Virus record (IMG/VR): IMGVR_UViG_2731957841_000006
Location: 1-18,465 of that record
Length of the DNA stretch: 18,465 bases
From: a virus
Lineage: Duplodnaviria > Heunggongvirae > Uroviricota > Caudoviricetes
Reading direction: 5' to 3' (one strand)
Part shown: in pieces, positions 7,351-18,465 of the stretch
Position numbering within the stretch: position 1 is the stretch's first letter
Layout: the number at the start of each line of letters is the position of its first letter
Notes under the pieces: model-generated
Database searches by the model: none
Told to the model about the DNA's origin: nothing
The model's input: only the letters and a program-made list of their open reading frames with translations
Program-made: the position numbers and the translations under genes

Positions 7351-8293
7351 ATTAACCGGCTATGTATGGGATGGTTGCGCAGCGTCAGGCATGAAATTAT
7401 CCAGCGTGGCAATTATGGCCCGCCTGGCTGATTTCAGTAATGACGAAGGTGTGTGCTGGCCATCAATTGAAACCATTGCCCGCCAGATTGGCGCGGGGAT
7501 GAGTACCGTCAGAACGGCTATCGCACGGCTGGAAGCAGAAGGCTGGTTAACGCGTAAGGCGCGTCGCCAGGGTAACCGCAATGCGTCGAATGTTTATCAG
7601 CTTAACGTTGCGAAGCTTCAGGCAGCGGCATTTTCTCAACTGTCAGATTCTGACCCGTCAAAATCTGACGTATCAAAATCTGACCCGTCAAAATTTGATG
7701 CGTCGAAATCTGGCAAAAAAGCGGGTTTTCACCCGTCAGAATCTGGCGGGGATCCGTCAGTAAAATCAAAACATGATCCGTCAGATAAAAAACCTTCTCG
7801 TCCGGACGCTTCGCAACCGGACACGCAGACGGCTGAACAGGATTTTTTAACTCGCCATCCTGATGCGGTTGTATTCAGCCCTAAAAAGCGCCAGTGGGGA
7901 ACGCAGGATGATTTGACCTGCGCACAGTGGCTCTGGAAAAAAATCATTGCCCTGTACGAGCAGGCCGCCGAATGTGACGGCGAGGTGGTTCGTCCCAAAG
8001 AACCGAACTGGACAGCATGGGCAAACGAAATTCGCCTGATGTGTGTGCAGGATGGTCGTACTCACAAACAAATCTGCGAGATGTACAGCCGCGTCAGCCG
8101 CGATCCGTTCTGGTGCCGTAACGTGCTCAGCCCGTCGAAGTTGCGGGAAAAATGGGATGAGCTTTCCCTGCGCTTATCGCCGTCCGTCAGCACGCACACA
8201 GAAAAACGTGAAGAGCGGTGCTTACGGAAAAGCAGCAAGCGCGCTGTATCGGGTGATGAATGGTATCTGTCAGGGAATTACGTGGGGGCTTAA
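7340..8293 (+). CDS. Phage replication initiation protein (O-like, N-terminal winged-helix DNA-binding domain), 317 aa
   Basis: AGAGG 6 nt upstream of the ATG; N-terminal HTH-like region; DNA iterons inside the gene as in lambdoid O genes. Confidence 0.75.
   Translation: MSTKLTGYVWDGCAASGMKLSSVAIMARLADFSNDEGVCWPSIETIARQIGAGMSTVRTAIARLEAEGWLTRKARRQGNRNASNVYQLNVAKLQAAAFSQLSDSDPSKSDVSKSDPSKFDASKSGKKAGFHPSESGGDPSVKSKHDPSDKKPSRPDASQPDTQTAEQDFLTRHPDAVVFSPKKRQWGTQDDLTCAQWLWKKIIALYEQAAECDGEVVRPKEPNWTAWANEIRLMCVQDGRTHKQICEMYSRVSRDPFWCRNVLSPSKLREKWDELSLRLSPSVSTHTEKREERCLRKSSKRAVSGDEWYLSGNYVGA
7643..7790 (+). repeat. Iteron array (candidate ori) inside the replication gene
   Basis: Five tandem 15-bp units (TCAAAATCTGACCCG-like) at 7643-7717 encoding SDPSK-type peptide repeats, then an A-rich tract and three further CCGTCAG motifs. 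Confidence 0.6.
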
Positions 8294-8403
8294 TGACGAC
8301 GTTAACTCAGTGTCAGCAGCAGGTGCTGGATATGCTGATTTCTTATCAGAAAGAACGTGGCTTCCCGCCAACCAATCAGGAGGTGGCAACCATGCTGGGA
8401 TAA
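8293..8403 (+). pseudogene. 36-codon remnant of a gene with a LexA-like N-terminal DNA-binding domain, truncated at the deletion junction
   Basis: ATG overlaps the replication-gene stop; [36 protein letters not shown] aligns with the LexA N-terminus (LTARQQEVFDLI...GMPPTRAEIAQRLG) as recalled, then stops where tail-fibre homology begins. Confidence 0.4.
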
Positions 8404-8405
8404 CC

Positions 8406-11051
8406 CATGCGACTGATGCTGCAGGCTCAGCGCGTGCAGCCAGCACGTCAGCCGGACAGGCCGCGACGTCGGCTCAGGAGGCGTCTTCCAGCGCAGGAAC
8501 GGCATCAACAAAGGCCACTGAAGCATCAAAAAGTGCTGCCGCTGCAGAGTCCTCAAAAAGCGCGGCGGCCACCAGTGCCGGTGCGGCGAAAACGTCAGAA
8601 ACGAATGCCGCAGCGTCACAACAATCAGCAGCCACTTCTGCATCCACTGCGACGACGAAAGCGTCAGAAGCCGCCACTTCAGCCCGGGATGCGGCGGCCT
8701 CCAAAGAGGCGGCAAAATCATCAGAAACGAACGCCTCCACAAGCGCCAGCAGTGCAGCCTCCTCGGCAACGGCGGCAGGAAATTCCGTGAAGGCGGCAAA
8801 AACGTCCGAGACGAATGCTAAGTCTTCTGAAACGGCAGCGGAACAGAGCGCCTCAGCTGCGGCAGACTCTGAGACAGCAGCTGCATCATCGGCCCGTGAG
8901 GCGTCCATTAAGGCAGAGGAGGCAGCAGTCAGTGCCACCGCCGCCGGAAAATCGGCAGAAAGCGCCGCATCATCCGCTTCAACAGCCACAACGAAGGCTG
9001 GCGAAGCCACTGAACAGGCCAGCGCAGCAGCGAGGTCTGCTTCCGCAGCGAAGACATCCGAAACGAACGCGAAAGCGTCGGAAACCAGCGCAGAATCCTC
9101 AAAAACGGCTGCCGCATCGTCCGCCAGTTCGGCGGCGTCATCGGCATCATCGGCGTCTGCTTCAAAAGATGAGGCGACCAGACAGGCGTCAGCAGCGAGG
9201 GGCAGCGCCACGACGGCATCCACGAAGGCGACAGAGGCTGCTGGCAGTGCGGCAGCGGCAGCACAGAGCAAAAGTACGGCAGAATCCGCAGCAACGCGCG
9301 CCGAGACAGCAGCAAAACGGGCAGAGGATATTGCATCCGCCGTGGCGCTTGAGGATGCGAGCACGACGAAAAAGGGGATAGTACAGCTCAGTAGTGCGAC
9401 CAACAGCACTTCCGAGTCACTGGCGGCAACACCAAAAGCCGTTAAGGCCGCGTATGACCTGGCTAACGGGAAATACACCGCACAGGATGCAACGACAGCA
9501 CAGAAAGGGATAATCCAGCTAAGCAGCGCGACCAACAGCACGTCTGAAACGCTTGCCGCGACACCAAAGGCAGTAAAAGCAGCCAATGACAATGCTGAGA
9601 AACGTCTGCAGAAAGATCAGAACGGTGCGGATATCCCTGGCAAAGATACCTTTACGAAAAATATTGGTGCCTGCCGTGCCTTCGGTGGGTCAGTAAGCAC
9701 AACAACAGGAAACTGGACGACTGCACAGTTTATCGAGTGGCTGGATTCTCAGGGAGCATTTAACCATCCATACTGGATGTGCAAGGGTTCCTGGTCTTAT
9801 GGCAATAATAAAATCATTACTGATACTGACTGCGGTAATATTCATCTCGCCGGAGCTGTCATTGAAGTAATGGGGATAAAGTCAGCGATGACGATCCGCA
9901 TTACCACACCGACCACCTCCACTGGTGGTGGAACAACTAACGCCCAGTTTACCTATATTAATCACGGAACAGATTATTCACCTGGCTGGCGAAGGGACTA
10001 TAACTCCAGAAATAAGCCAACGGCATCAGAGATCGGGGCGTTACCGTCAGGTGGAACAGCAGTATCATCAGTTAATCTGGCTTCAAAAGGTCGGGTAACC
10101 GCGCTGACAGACAATACGCAGGGGGCAGCAGGTCTTGAGTTATACGAGGTGTATAACAACGGATATCCAACAGCGTATGGAAATATCATTCACCTGAAAG
10201 GGATGACAGCCGTTGGCGAAGGTGAGTTACTCATCGGCTGGAGTGGTACAAGCGGTGCTCATGCTCCGGCATTTATTCGTTCACGACGGGATACGACCGA
10301 CGCAAACTGGTCGCCGTGGGCGCAGCTTTACACCTCGGCTCATCCTCCTGCAGAGTTTTATCCAGTCGGTGCACCAATCCCGTGGCCATCAGATACCGTT
10401 CCGTCTGGCTATGCCCTGATGCAGGGGCAGACTTTTGACAAATCTGCATACCCGAAACTTGCAGTTGCTTATCCGTCAGGCGTGATCCCTGATATGCGTG
10501 GCTGGACGATTAAGGGCAAGCCCGCCAGTGGTCGGGCCGTATTATCTCAGGAACAGGACGGCATTAAATCGCACACCCACAGCGCCAGCGCATCCAGTAC
10601 GGATTTGGGGACGAAAACCACATCGTCGTTTGATTACGGAACCAAATCCACGAATAACACCGGGGCGCATACCCATAGTATTAGCGGGACCGCAAATAGT
10701 GCCGGTGCGCACCAACACAAGAGTTCCGGTGCATTTGGTGGCACGAACACGAGCATTTTCCCTAATGGTTATACCGCGATTTCAAATCTAAGCGCGGGGA
10801 TTATGAGCACAACAAGCGGTAGTGGCCAGACTCGTAATGCAGGGAAGACATCATCAGATGGTGCTCATACCCACTCGCTGTCCGGCACTGCTGCAAGCGC
10901 AGGCGCACATGCACATACTGTCGGTATTGGTGCTCATACGCACTCCGTTGCGATTGGTTCACATGGACACACCATCACCGTTAACGCTGCTGGTAACGCG
11001 GAAAACACCGTCAAAAACATCGCATTTAACTATATTGTGAGGCTTGCATAA
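8406..11051 (+). pseudogene. stf: Side tail fibre protein (Stf-like), 5'-truncated; lacks the N-terminal tail-attachment region and its own start codon
   Basis: Ala/Ser/Thr-rich repeat region, two copies of the tail-fibre repeat KGI(V/I)[11 protein letters not shown](S/T)[11 protein letters not shown], and His-rich GAHTHS-type C-terminal motifs; similarity to Rac StfR (from memory) begins mid-protein; the ORF's upstream 120 codons overlap the replication gene in another frame. Confidence 0.7.
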
Positions 11052-11635
11052 TGGCATTCAGAATGAGTGAACAACCACGGACCATAAAAATTTATAATCT
11101 GCTGGCCGGAACTAATGAATTTATTGGTGAAGGTGATGCATATATTCCGCCTCATACAGGTCTGCCAGCAAACAGTACCGATATTGCACCGCCAGATATT
11201 CCGGCTGGCTTCGTGGCTGTTTTCAACAGTGATGAGTCATCGTGGCATCTCGTTGAAGATCATCGGGGTAAAACGGTTTATGACGTGGCTTCCGGCGACG
11301 CGTTATTTATTTCTGAACTCGGTCCGTTACCGGAAAATGTTACCTGGTTATCGCCGGAAGGGGAGTTTCAGAAGTGGAACGGCACAGCCTGGGTGAAGGA
11401 TACGGAAGCAGAAAAACTGTTCCGGATCCGGGAGGCGGAAGAAACAAAAAACAACCTGATGCAGGTAGCCAGTGAGCATATTGCGCCGCTTCAGGATGCT
11501 GCAGATCTGGAAATTGCAACGGAGGAAGAAACCTCGTTGCTGGAAGCCTGGAAGAAGTATCGGGTGTTGCTGAACCGTGTTGATACATCAACTGCACCTG
11601 ATATTGAGTGGCCAGAAGAACCAGACACCGTGTAA
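11051..11635 (+). CDS. tfa: Tail fibre assembly protein (Tfa), 194 aa
   Basis: Start overlaps the stf stop (TAATG); typical Tfa size, position and sequence character. Confidence 0.85.
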   Translation: MAFRMSEQPRTIKIYNLLAGTNEFIGEGDAYIPPHTGLPANSTDIAPPDIPAGFVAVFNSDESSWHLVEDHRGKTVYDVASGDALFISELGPLPENVTWLSPEGEFQKWNGTAWVKDTEAEKLFRIREAEETKNNLMQVASEHIAPLQDAADLEIATEEETSLLEAWKKYRVLLNRVDTSTAPDIEWPEEPDTV

Positions 11636-11647
11636 GCAAAAAAGAAA

Positions 11648-11690
11648 AACCGCAGACACGACGTATGCATGACGTGCTGCGGTTTATGCT
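11648..11690 (+). terminator. Candidate terminator hairpin downstream of tfa (copy 1 of a duplicated ~40-bp sequence)
   Basis: CCGCAG(A)CACG ... CGTGCTGCGG stem followed by TTTATGCTT; a near-copy occurs at ~15811-15853. Confidence 0.45.
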
Positions 11691-11751
11691 TATCACTTAA
11701 AGACTCAAAAATTAGGTGAGTAACGGACCGGGGACATAGCTCCTTTTTTTC

Positions 11752-12573
<822 letters not shown>

Positions 12574-12880
12574 CTAATCCTTTGAATTCACATAGTATAA
12601 AAAAGATACTTTTCCTCATAATGTGAGCTAATTTTATGTTTCGTTTGATGATTGGACCGGTCTCGAAAACCGTAGGCACGTAGTATGCGTTAATTTATGA
12701 ACAAACTACTTGTCTGCTGTTTTTCTGTCATTAGTCGTATATAGAATGATTCTCTATGCCTAACAAAGCATCACCAGTGCTAGATTACGTTGTAGTCACT
12801 GTTTAAATATCCAGATAAAATATTTCCTTCTGGGTTGAATGAGTGATAGAGTTTCACCCATTAGACCCGTTGGAGGAATT

Positions 12881-14314
12881 ATGTCTGAATTTGAAGTGTT
12901 GGCACAGCATCTGCTGAAGGAAGCCGAGGCGGAAGAAAAGCTGCGACAGGAAAATGATAAAAAGCTTATCGAGAAAGTGCTGGAAATCTATGATCAGAAG
13001 TATGTAGCTGAATTACTGAGAAAAGTCGGAAAAAATGAGTGGAGCCGTGAAACCATTAACCGCTGGATTAATGGCAAGTGTTTACCAAAATCGTTGACTT
13101 CAGTAGAAGAGTCTCTTCTGCGTAAGATGCTACCAGAACCACCTGCAAACCATCCGGAATATGCTTTCCGCTTCATTGACTTATTTGCTGGAATTGGAGG
13201 GATACGGAAAGGTTTTGAGGCCATTGGAGGCCAGTGTGTTTTTACCAGTGAATGGAATAAAGATGCTGTGCGTACATACAAGGCCAACTGGTTTAACGAT
13301 GAACAGGTGCATAAATTCAATCTCGATATTCGGGAAGTCACGCTGAGTGATAAAACCGATGTATTGGAAACGGATGCTTATGCATATATTGATGAGCATG
13401 TGCCGGATCATGATGTGCTTCTTGCGGGGTTCCCGTGCCAGCCATTTAGCCTTGCTGGTGTTAGTAAGAAAAACTCACTTGGTCGTGCGCATGGTTTTGA
13501 ATGTGAAGCACAAGGAACACTTTTTTTTGACGTGGCACGTATTATACGAGCAAAAAAACCGGCAATTTTTGTGCTGGAAAATGTCAAAAATCTGAAGAGC
13601 CATGATAAGGGTAAAACTTTCAAAGTCATTATGGAGACCCTTGACGAGCTGGGCTACGAAGTTGCCGATGCTGCAGAAATGGGAAAAAACGATCCAAAGA
13701 TTATCGATGGGAAGCATTTTTTGCCTCAGCATCGTGAACGCATTGTTCTGGTCGGATTTAGACGAGATCTGAATATTCACAAGGGGTTTACCTTGCGTGA
13801 TATCAGTCGTTTTTATCCGGAACACCGCCCATCATTTGGTGAATTGCTGGAGCCTGTAGTCGACAGTAAATATATACTTACGCCAAAACTATGGGAGTAC
13901 CTTTATAACTACGCCAAAAAGCATGCAGCCAAGGGGAATGGTTTTGGCTTTGGGTTGGTCAATCCTGAGAATAAGGAAAGCATTGCACGCACACTTTCTG
14001 CCAGATATCACAAAGACGGATCAGAAATTCTTATTGATCGTGGTTGGGATATGGCAACGGGAGAGGCTGACTTTATGAATGAGAGTAACCAGGCTCGTCG
14101 ACCACGCAGGCTGACTCCCCGAGAGTGCGCACGCCTTATGGGGTTTGAAAAACCTGGAGGGAAACCATTCCGTATTCCGGTTTCAGATACTCAGTCATAT
14201 CGGCAGTTCGGTAACTCCGTTGTGGTGCCAGTATTTGAAGCCGTTGCCAGACTTCTGGAACCCTATATCCTCAAAGCTGTTTCTGCTGATGCTGGTAAGA
14301 CTGGGCAGCCTTGA
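12881..14314 (+). CDS. DNA (cytosine-5) methyltransferase, Dcm/M.EcoRII-like (predicted CCWGG), with N-terminal HTH-like extension
   Basis: m5C-MTase motifs: [15 protein letters not shown] (motif I), GFPCQPFS (motif IV), ENV (motif VI), QFGNSV; GGAGG upstream of the ATG at 12881; N-terminus MSEFEVLAQ resembles M.EcoRII as recalled. Confidence 0.88.
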   Translation: MSEFEVLAQHLLKEAEAEEKLRQENDKKLIEKVLEIYDQKYVAELLRKVGKNEWSRETINRWINGKCLPKSLTSVEESLLRKMLPEPPANHPEYAFRFIDLFAGIGGIRKGFEAIGGQCVFTSEWNKDAVRTYKANWFNDEQVHKFNLDIREVTLSDKTDVLETDAYAYIDEHVPDHDVLLAGFPCQPFSLAGVSKKNSLGRAHGFECEAQGTLFFDVARIIRAKKPAIFVLENVKNLKSHDKGKTFKVIMETLDELGYEVADAAEMGKNDPKIIDGKHFLPQHRERIVLVGFRRDLNIHKGFTLRDISRFYPEHRPSFGELLEPVVDSKYILTPKLWEYLYNYAKKHAAKGNGFGFGLVNPENKESIARTLSARYHKDGSEILIDRGWDMATGEADFMNESNQARRPRRLTPRECARLMGFEKPGGKPFRIPVSDTQSYRQFGNSVVVPVFEAVARLLEPYILKAVSADAGKTGQP

Positions 14315-14317
14315 GAA

Positions 14318-14346
14318 CACCTCCCGGCCTTTTAAGCCGGGAGTCA
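14318..14346. terminator. Hairpin between the convergent methyltransferase and endonuclease genes
   Basis: CTCCCGGC-CTTTTAA-GCCGGGAG, 8-bp stem. Confidence 0.4.
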
Positions 14347-14348
14347 GC

Positions 14349-15557
14349 CTATGATAGTTCAGCGTAAAGTTCTATCAGCTCAGTAATGAATGCTCCGAGC
14401 GTTATTAATTCTTCTCTAACTGCTTCTGGGTATTTTTTATGTAAAGTTGATGGTACAACGAGTCTGACACCCGCATCTTTCATTTCTCGGTATTGTGCTG
14501 AAGAAACACCTTCTTGCAGCGTAAATAAATGTACCTGATGGATTTTATCTGCTTCATTCAGTATCTGACGCCAGCGATCTTTGCAGGTGGTCTTTACTGC
14601 CAGCATACGTAAGTTTTCTACAGGAAATTCAACGTCATGATATGCCTCTGCTGAAGGAAACAGGAAATCTGGTTTTTTATTACCTTCAGTAACTGCCTGA
14701 GTGGAGAAATGTCGTAGTCCGTGCTCGATAAAAAGCTTCTCTAGGTGAAGTTCAAGTGATTTACCTGCCCTTGATTTACGTCGATTACTGACAGAGTTGG
14801 CTAATGCAATAAACTCATCTACAGAATTGAATCCTTTCTTAATAATATCAAGAACATGTAATTCCTCGACGAGTAGAAAAATATCATACTCGACACGCCG
14901 ACGGTCAATCAGTTGCTCATCTGGATCCTTGGAGTTTTTAGCATAATGGCCAGCAGCATATTGAATAATTTCGTTTCCAGAAGGAAAACGCTTCTTCCAG
15001 TCTTCAGGAATAACATATTTATGATTTACTGGAGTTTGCTGAAGAGACAATCCGCCCAAAATTTGTCCGGCAGGGCCGGAAATTAGGGTTCCAGGTATGA
15101 TTTCGCCAATAGCAGACTCGATGATATCCTCTTCATCGGGATTGACGCAGACCCATATATCTACCTCGGAACAGTCAGTGTTCTGTTCGTTTAACCTGAA
15201 AGCAAGAATTGTGAGGGCTCCTGTATTTTCAGAGTTCTGTAATGGACTTCCTCTCCCCCAGCGCGTAATTCTTTTTTCGTTTCGGGTCTTACCAAAATAA
15301 CGGTTGTTGTAATAAATTGCGCGTGCTTGGGTATCAGGGCAATCATGGGATGATACATGCGCAGTAAGGAAGACTGAAGGGTTCAGTTCGCGAGTATGAT
15401 TGATAGAAGGAAAAAGCTTTTCAACGATATTTGAGGGGATATAAAGTCCGACCTGATGGCCACCTGTTGCGCCTGTGTCGTTTGCAGAAAGGCGTTTGAT
15501 GTAGATAAAGTAATTCCCGCTTGCGATATCAAGCAGCCAGTTATGAAAAACCGACAT
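14349..15557 (-). CDS. Type IIE restriction endonuclease, EcoRII-like, ~402 aa
   Basis: Translation closely resembles EcoRII as I recall it (MSVFHNWLL..., ~404 aa) and is convergent with a Dcm-type methyltransferase, the known EcoRII R-M arrangement. Confidence 0.82.
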   Translation of the reverse strand: MSVFHNWLLDIASGNYFIYIKRLSANDTGATGGHQVGLYIPSNIVEKLFPSINHTRELNPSVFLTAHVSSHDCPDTQARAIYYNNRYFGKTRNEKRITRWGRGSPLQNSENTGALTILAFRLNEQNTDCSEVDIWVCVNPDEEDIIESAIGEIIPGTLISGPAGQILGGLSLQQTPVNHKYVIPEDWKKRFPSGNEIIQYAAGHYAKNSKDPDEQLIDRRRVEYDIFLLVEELHVLDIIKKGFNSVDEFIALANSVSNRRKSRAGKSLELHLEKLFIEHGLRHFSTQAVTEGNKKPDFLFPSAEAYHDVEFPVENLRMLAVKTTCKDRWRQILNEADKIHQVHLFTLQEGVSSAQYREMKDAGVRLVVPSTLHKKYPEAVREELITLGAFITELIELYAELS

Positions 15558-15639
15558 ATACATCCCTTTGTTAACATACAGTCAGGGTTAACATTTTTCC
15601 ATAGTTATAGATAAGCGGCTAGGAACTTAAGGGAAAAAC

Positions 15640-15664
15640 AAAAAGCCCGCATAAGCGGGCTTTT
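15640..15664. terminator. Bidirectional terminator-like hairpin upstream of the restriction gene
   Basis: AAAAAGCCCGC-ATAA-GCGGGCTTTTT: perfect 7-bp stem flanked by A-run and T-run. Confidence 0.45.
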
Positions 15665-16173
15665 GTGTCACTCGAGAGCCGCGGCTCCTTTGCGTATCTT
15701 TTTTGTCTCCTCACCGTCTGGTCGGTGTCCTGCTGAGACTGCTAATTTCCTGTTTTTGTTAGTACTGTCCTAGAACTGTCCAATCATGATTGGTGGGCTG
15801 GCGGAGTTGAAACCGCAGACACGTCGTATGTAAGAACGTGCTGCGGCTGGCTGGCCAGCTTCTGATAGTGCGAATATTGAATGATTTCTATCTGTTATAG
15901 ATTTTACCGTATTTCGGCATGAATGAAACTGAATATCCTCCCACCGATTCTCCATGACTTTACGCCACTGTCTCTAGGGCTGCTATGTGCCAGGAGCAGA
16001 CGTTACTAACATCTATCTGCATCAATCTGTGGGGAGCAGAACCGTGATATGTTAACTGCATCCAAACGGAGTCAACACCAGAAAAAATCCTCCTAGTAGG
16101 ACGGTGCACTAGTATTCATCTTGTTCTAATCTCAATCCACAGCGGTAAAAATTGCGAAGAAAAAGGGATTTAT

Positions 16174-18465
16174 ATGCTTGAAAGAATTCATCAAATTACC
16201 AGCGTGGGTTTATTCCAGGATATCCGTCCTGCTGGTATGTCCTTTAAAAAAATGACCTTTGTCTATGCTGATAATGGGCGTGGTAAATCCACCCTTGCGT
16301 CAATTCTGCGTTCCTACACTGAATTAAATCCAGATATTGTACGGCACAGGAAAACGATTGGGGAAACGACCCCTCAAAATATTCATCTGCAGTTTTCGCA
16401 GGGAAATCGTGCGATTTACGATAACGATACATGGAATGGTAAGTATTCAGATGTGCACGTCTTCGACCTAGATTTTGTTGACCGTAATGTTTACTCAGGT
16501 GGTGAAATCAGCGCTAGCCATAGAAAGCGACTGCTGAGTTTTGCGCTGGGCAGTGATGCGGTAGCCGCGAGGGCTGCTTTTATTGATGCATCAGACAAGG
16601 CAGAGGAGGCCAAGAGAGTTACGAGACTGGCAAGTGAAAAGCTGACAGTAGCCCGGGGGAATGTAACTCTAGCAAAATACATAAAGCCTGTTCAGGAAGA
16701 TAACATTCAGGAAAAAATTGCATTAGTCGAATCAGAACTGGATCTCTGCAAAAGAATAGAGACGATCCGCAACCGTACGGGTTATCTTTCGTTACCTCTT
16801 TACGCTCCTGATTTCAGTTCTTTTTTTTCCACTCTTGCAGCTAGCTATGACAGCCTCAGTGCGGGTGCAGAAGAGGTCGTCTGTGCGCATATTGACCATA
16901 TCAATGTCGAAGGTTTTGAGCGATGGGCGAGCAACGGCCTTGATTATATAAAAGACGAATATTGTCCTTTCTGTACGCAAAGCCTGGAGGGTATTGAACT
17001 GATCCGGTACTACCGGGAGCGGTTTAATCTTGCATACAAAGCCTTACTTAATCAGGTCACAGGCCTAGATAAAGTTGTGGCGACTGCCATGCGCGTTTTC
17101 AATCTGGCCTTACTTGAAAGCAAGATTGAGCAGGCTGGTTTAGTGACTGAAAATTGGAAAGATTGTCTCCAGTTGCCCGTGAGTCTCCCTGATTTAGATA
17201 AAATTAAAGCTAGTTTGGAAGGTCTTCAATCATCGCTGAACCGCTTAACGGAAGCCAAGAAAAACGATCCGCTTGCAAAGACCCAAGGCGACTATGAAAA
17301 AGAAATCGCGGATGCAGTAACTGCAATCAATGATGAGCTTTCTATCTTTAATTCGGGCGTGGAAGCTGCCAATCTGGATATTCAGGCTTATAAAGAGGCG
17401 CTTGAAACCAAAAATGAAGAAACCCTGCGGGTTACATTATCCCAGTATGAAGCAACACGACTTCGTCTATCACCTGAGATAGTAGGTTTTATCTCTGATT
17501 ATCAGACCGCTAAAACTGCTGAAGTGGTTGCCTCTGAACTGAAGGAAACACGGAGGGCTGAACTCAATGCGATCATGGACTCGACCCTTGGAAAGTATCA
17601 ATCCTCCATCAATGATTTATTGATGAAGTTTGGTGCAAGCTTTCGCATCACAGAAATTAATTATAACTATGCTGGCGGCGGTGAGCCTAAGTCTGAATAT
17701 GCAATTGAACTTAGAGGGGAAAAGATTTCGCTAACGGGAGAAGAATCCAGTTTCCGGAGCTCATTGAGTGAAGGGGACAAAAGGACGCTAGCCTTCGCAT
17801 TCTTTATTTCAGTGTTGCTTCATGACGTTGATCTTGAGAGAAAAATTGTAGTGATTGATGATCCGATGTGTAGTCTGGACAATCATCGCAGGAACCACAC
17901 AATCACCATCATTAAACAGATTTACCTTCGCAGCTTGCAGGTAATCATCTTGGCGCACGACCTGTTCTTTATCCGTACCATGCGAGATGAGTTCCTGAAA
18001 ATACCTGCTACTCAAATGCAGGACATTTCAACCTTACGCATTGTCAACATTGCTGGTGATTTCAGTAGCTTGGATAAACTAGATATCGATCTGGAATGTG
18101 AATCTCCCTACTATAAAAATCATCGTCTGGTGAGCGGATTTGCCGATGGTGCTCATCATCAGCTTCACGATACGGCGGTGGCGATCAGACCGCTTCTTGA
18201 AGGGTATCTGCATCGTCGTTTCCCGGGGCAAATTTCACCGGGAAATCTGTTTGGAGAGGTAGTAGCGCAGATTGCACAAGCACAACCGAGCGATCCGTTA
18301 TTCTTCGCTAAATCACTGGTACCTGAGTTGAATGAAATTAACAATTATGCTGGTCGCTATCATCATGACACGAACCCTCAGGCATCATCAGAACCCATCA
18401 CGCCAGGTGAACTGATGTCTTACTCTCGACGGGCTTTGAATGTGATTTATCGCGGAAACATATGA
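16174..18465 (+). CDS. AAA_13-family ABC-type ATPase with CxxC (zinc-hook-like) motif and C-terminal domain; RloC/PrrC-like candidate anticodon nuclease, 763 aa
   Basis: Walker A (ADNGRGKST), central coiled-coil-like region with YCPFCTQ, ABC-signature-like LSEGDKRTLAFAFFIS, Walker B (KIVVIDDPMCSLD), His/Arg-rich C-terminal ~150 aa; AAAGGG 6 nt upstream of the ATG; adjacent to an R-M system. Confidence 0.7.
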   Translation: MLERIHQITSVGLFQDIRPAGMSFKKMTFVYADNGRGKSTLASILRSYTELNPDIVRHRKTIGETTPQNIHLQFSQGNRAIYDNDTWNGKYSDVHVFDLDFVDRNVYSGGEISASHRKRLLSFALGSDAVAARAAFIDASDKAEEAKRVTRLASEKLTVARGNVTLAKYIKPVQEDNIQEKIALVESELDLCKRIETIRNRTGYLSLPLYAPDFSSFFSTLAASYDSLSAGAEEVVCAHIDHINVEGFERWASNGLDYIKDEYCPFCTQSLEGIELIRYYRERFNLAYKALLNQVTGLDKVVATAMRVFNLALLESKIEQAGLVTENWKDCLQLPVSLPDLDKIKASLEGLQSSLNRLTEAKKNDPLAKTQGDYEKEIADAVTAINDELSIFNSGVEAANLDIQAYKEALETKNEETLRVTLSQYEATRLRLSPEIVGFISDYQTAKTAEVVASELKETRRAELNAIMDSTLGKYQSSINDLLMKFGASFRITEINYNYAGGGEPKSEYAIELRGEKISLTGEESSFRSSLSEGDKRTLAFAFFISVLLHDVDLERKIVVIDDPMCSLDNHRRNHTITIIKQIYLRSLQVIILAHDLFFIRTMRDEFLKIPATQMQDISTLRIVNIAGDFSSLDKLDIDLECESPYYKNHRLVSGFADGAHHQLHDTAVAIRPLLEGYLHRRFPGQISPGNLFGEVVAQIAQAQPSDPLFFAKSLVPELNEINNYAGRYHHDTNPQASSEPITPGELMSYSRRALNVIYRGNI

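Noticed and set aside
7643-7720. Tandem 15-bp repeats as a possible CRISPR array
   Set aside because: Period too short, no unique spacers, and the repeats lie in-frame inside a coding sequence; interpreted as replication-origin iterons.
8043-8405. Upstream ~120 codons of the 1002-aa tail fibre ORF (from the ATG at 8043)
   Set aside because: This part overlaps the 3' end of the replication gene in another frame and does not look like tail fibre sequence; Stf-like similarity begins only at ~8405, so it is read-through of an open frame rather than the true N-terminus.
8302-9592. Long ORFs antisense to or frame-shifted within the tail fibre repeat region (for example 8474..9592 minus, 372 aa Ala-rich; 8407..8790 and 8815..9381 plus, Arg/Pro/Gln-rich)
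   Set aside because: Artefacts of a GC-rich, codon-repetitive Ala/Ser/Thr-coding sequence that stays open in other frames; the translations are low-complexity and overlap the Stf-like frame entirely.
15770-15955. 61-aa minus-strand ORF in the intergenic region upstream of the RloC-like gene
   Set aside because: No ribosome-binding site, overlaps the duplicated hairpin sequence, translation not protein-like.

Overview
Enterobacterial (E. coli-like) chromosomal locus proA–thrW, followed by a defective, mosaic lambdoid prophage integrated at the tRNA-Thr gene, with a three-gene defence island at its far end. Prophage modules in order: P22-type integrase and excisionase; a leftward early operon of tightly overlapping genes including an HD-domain hydrolase; an unusual ~400-bp GC-rich, highly structured non-coding island; an immunity region (CI-like S24 repressor, Cro/YdaS-like, YdaT-like) with recognisable PL, PR and operator palindromes; an O-like replication gene with internal iterons. 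The prophage lacks all head, tail-shaft and lysis genes: the replication module is joined by an apparent deletion to a 5'-truncated side tail fibre gene plus an intact tail-fibre assembly gene. Downstream lies a GIY-YIG nuclease-family gene, an EcoRII-like (CCWGG-type) restriction-modification pair, and a 763-aa AAA_13 ATPase with RloC/PrrC-like features. The strongest candidates for new biology are the GIY-YIG protein and the RloC-like protein in the defence island, and the structured GC-rich island with the adjacent 144-aa and 68-aa ORFs. All calls rest on reading the sequence and supplied ORF translations and on recalled family signatures; no database search was run. Hand-derived coordinates of small motifs may be off by 1-2 nt.
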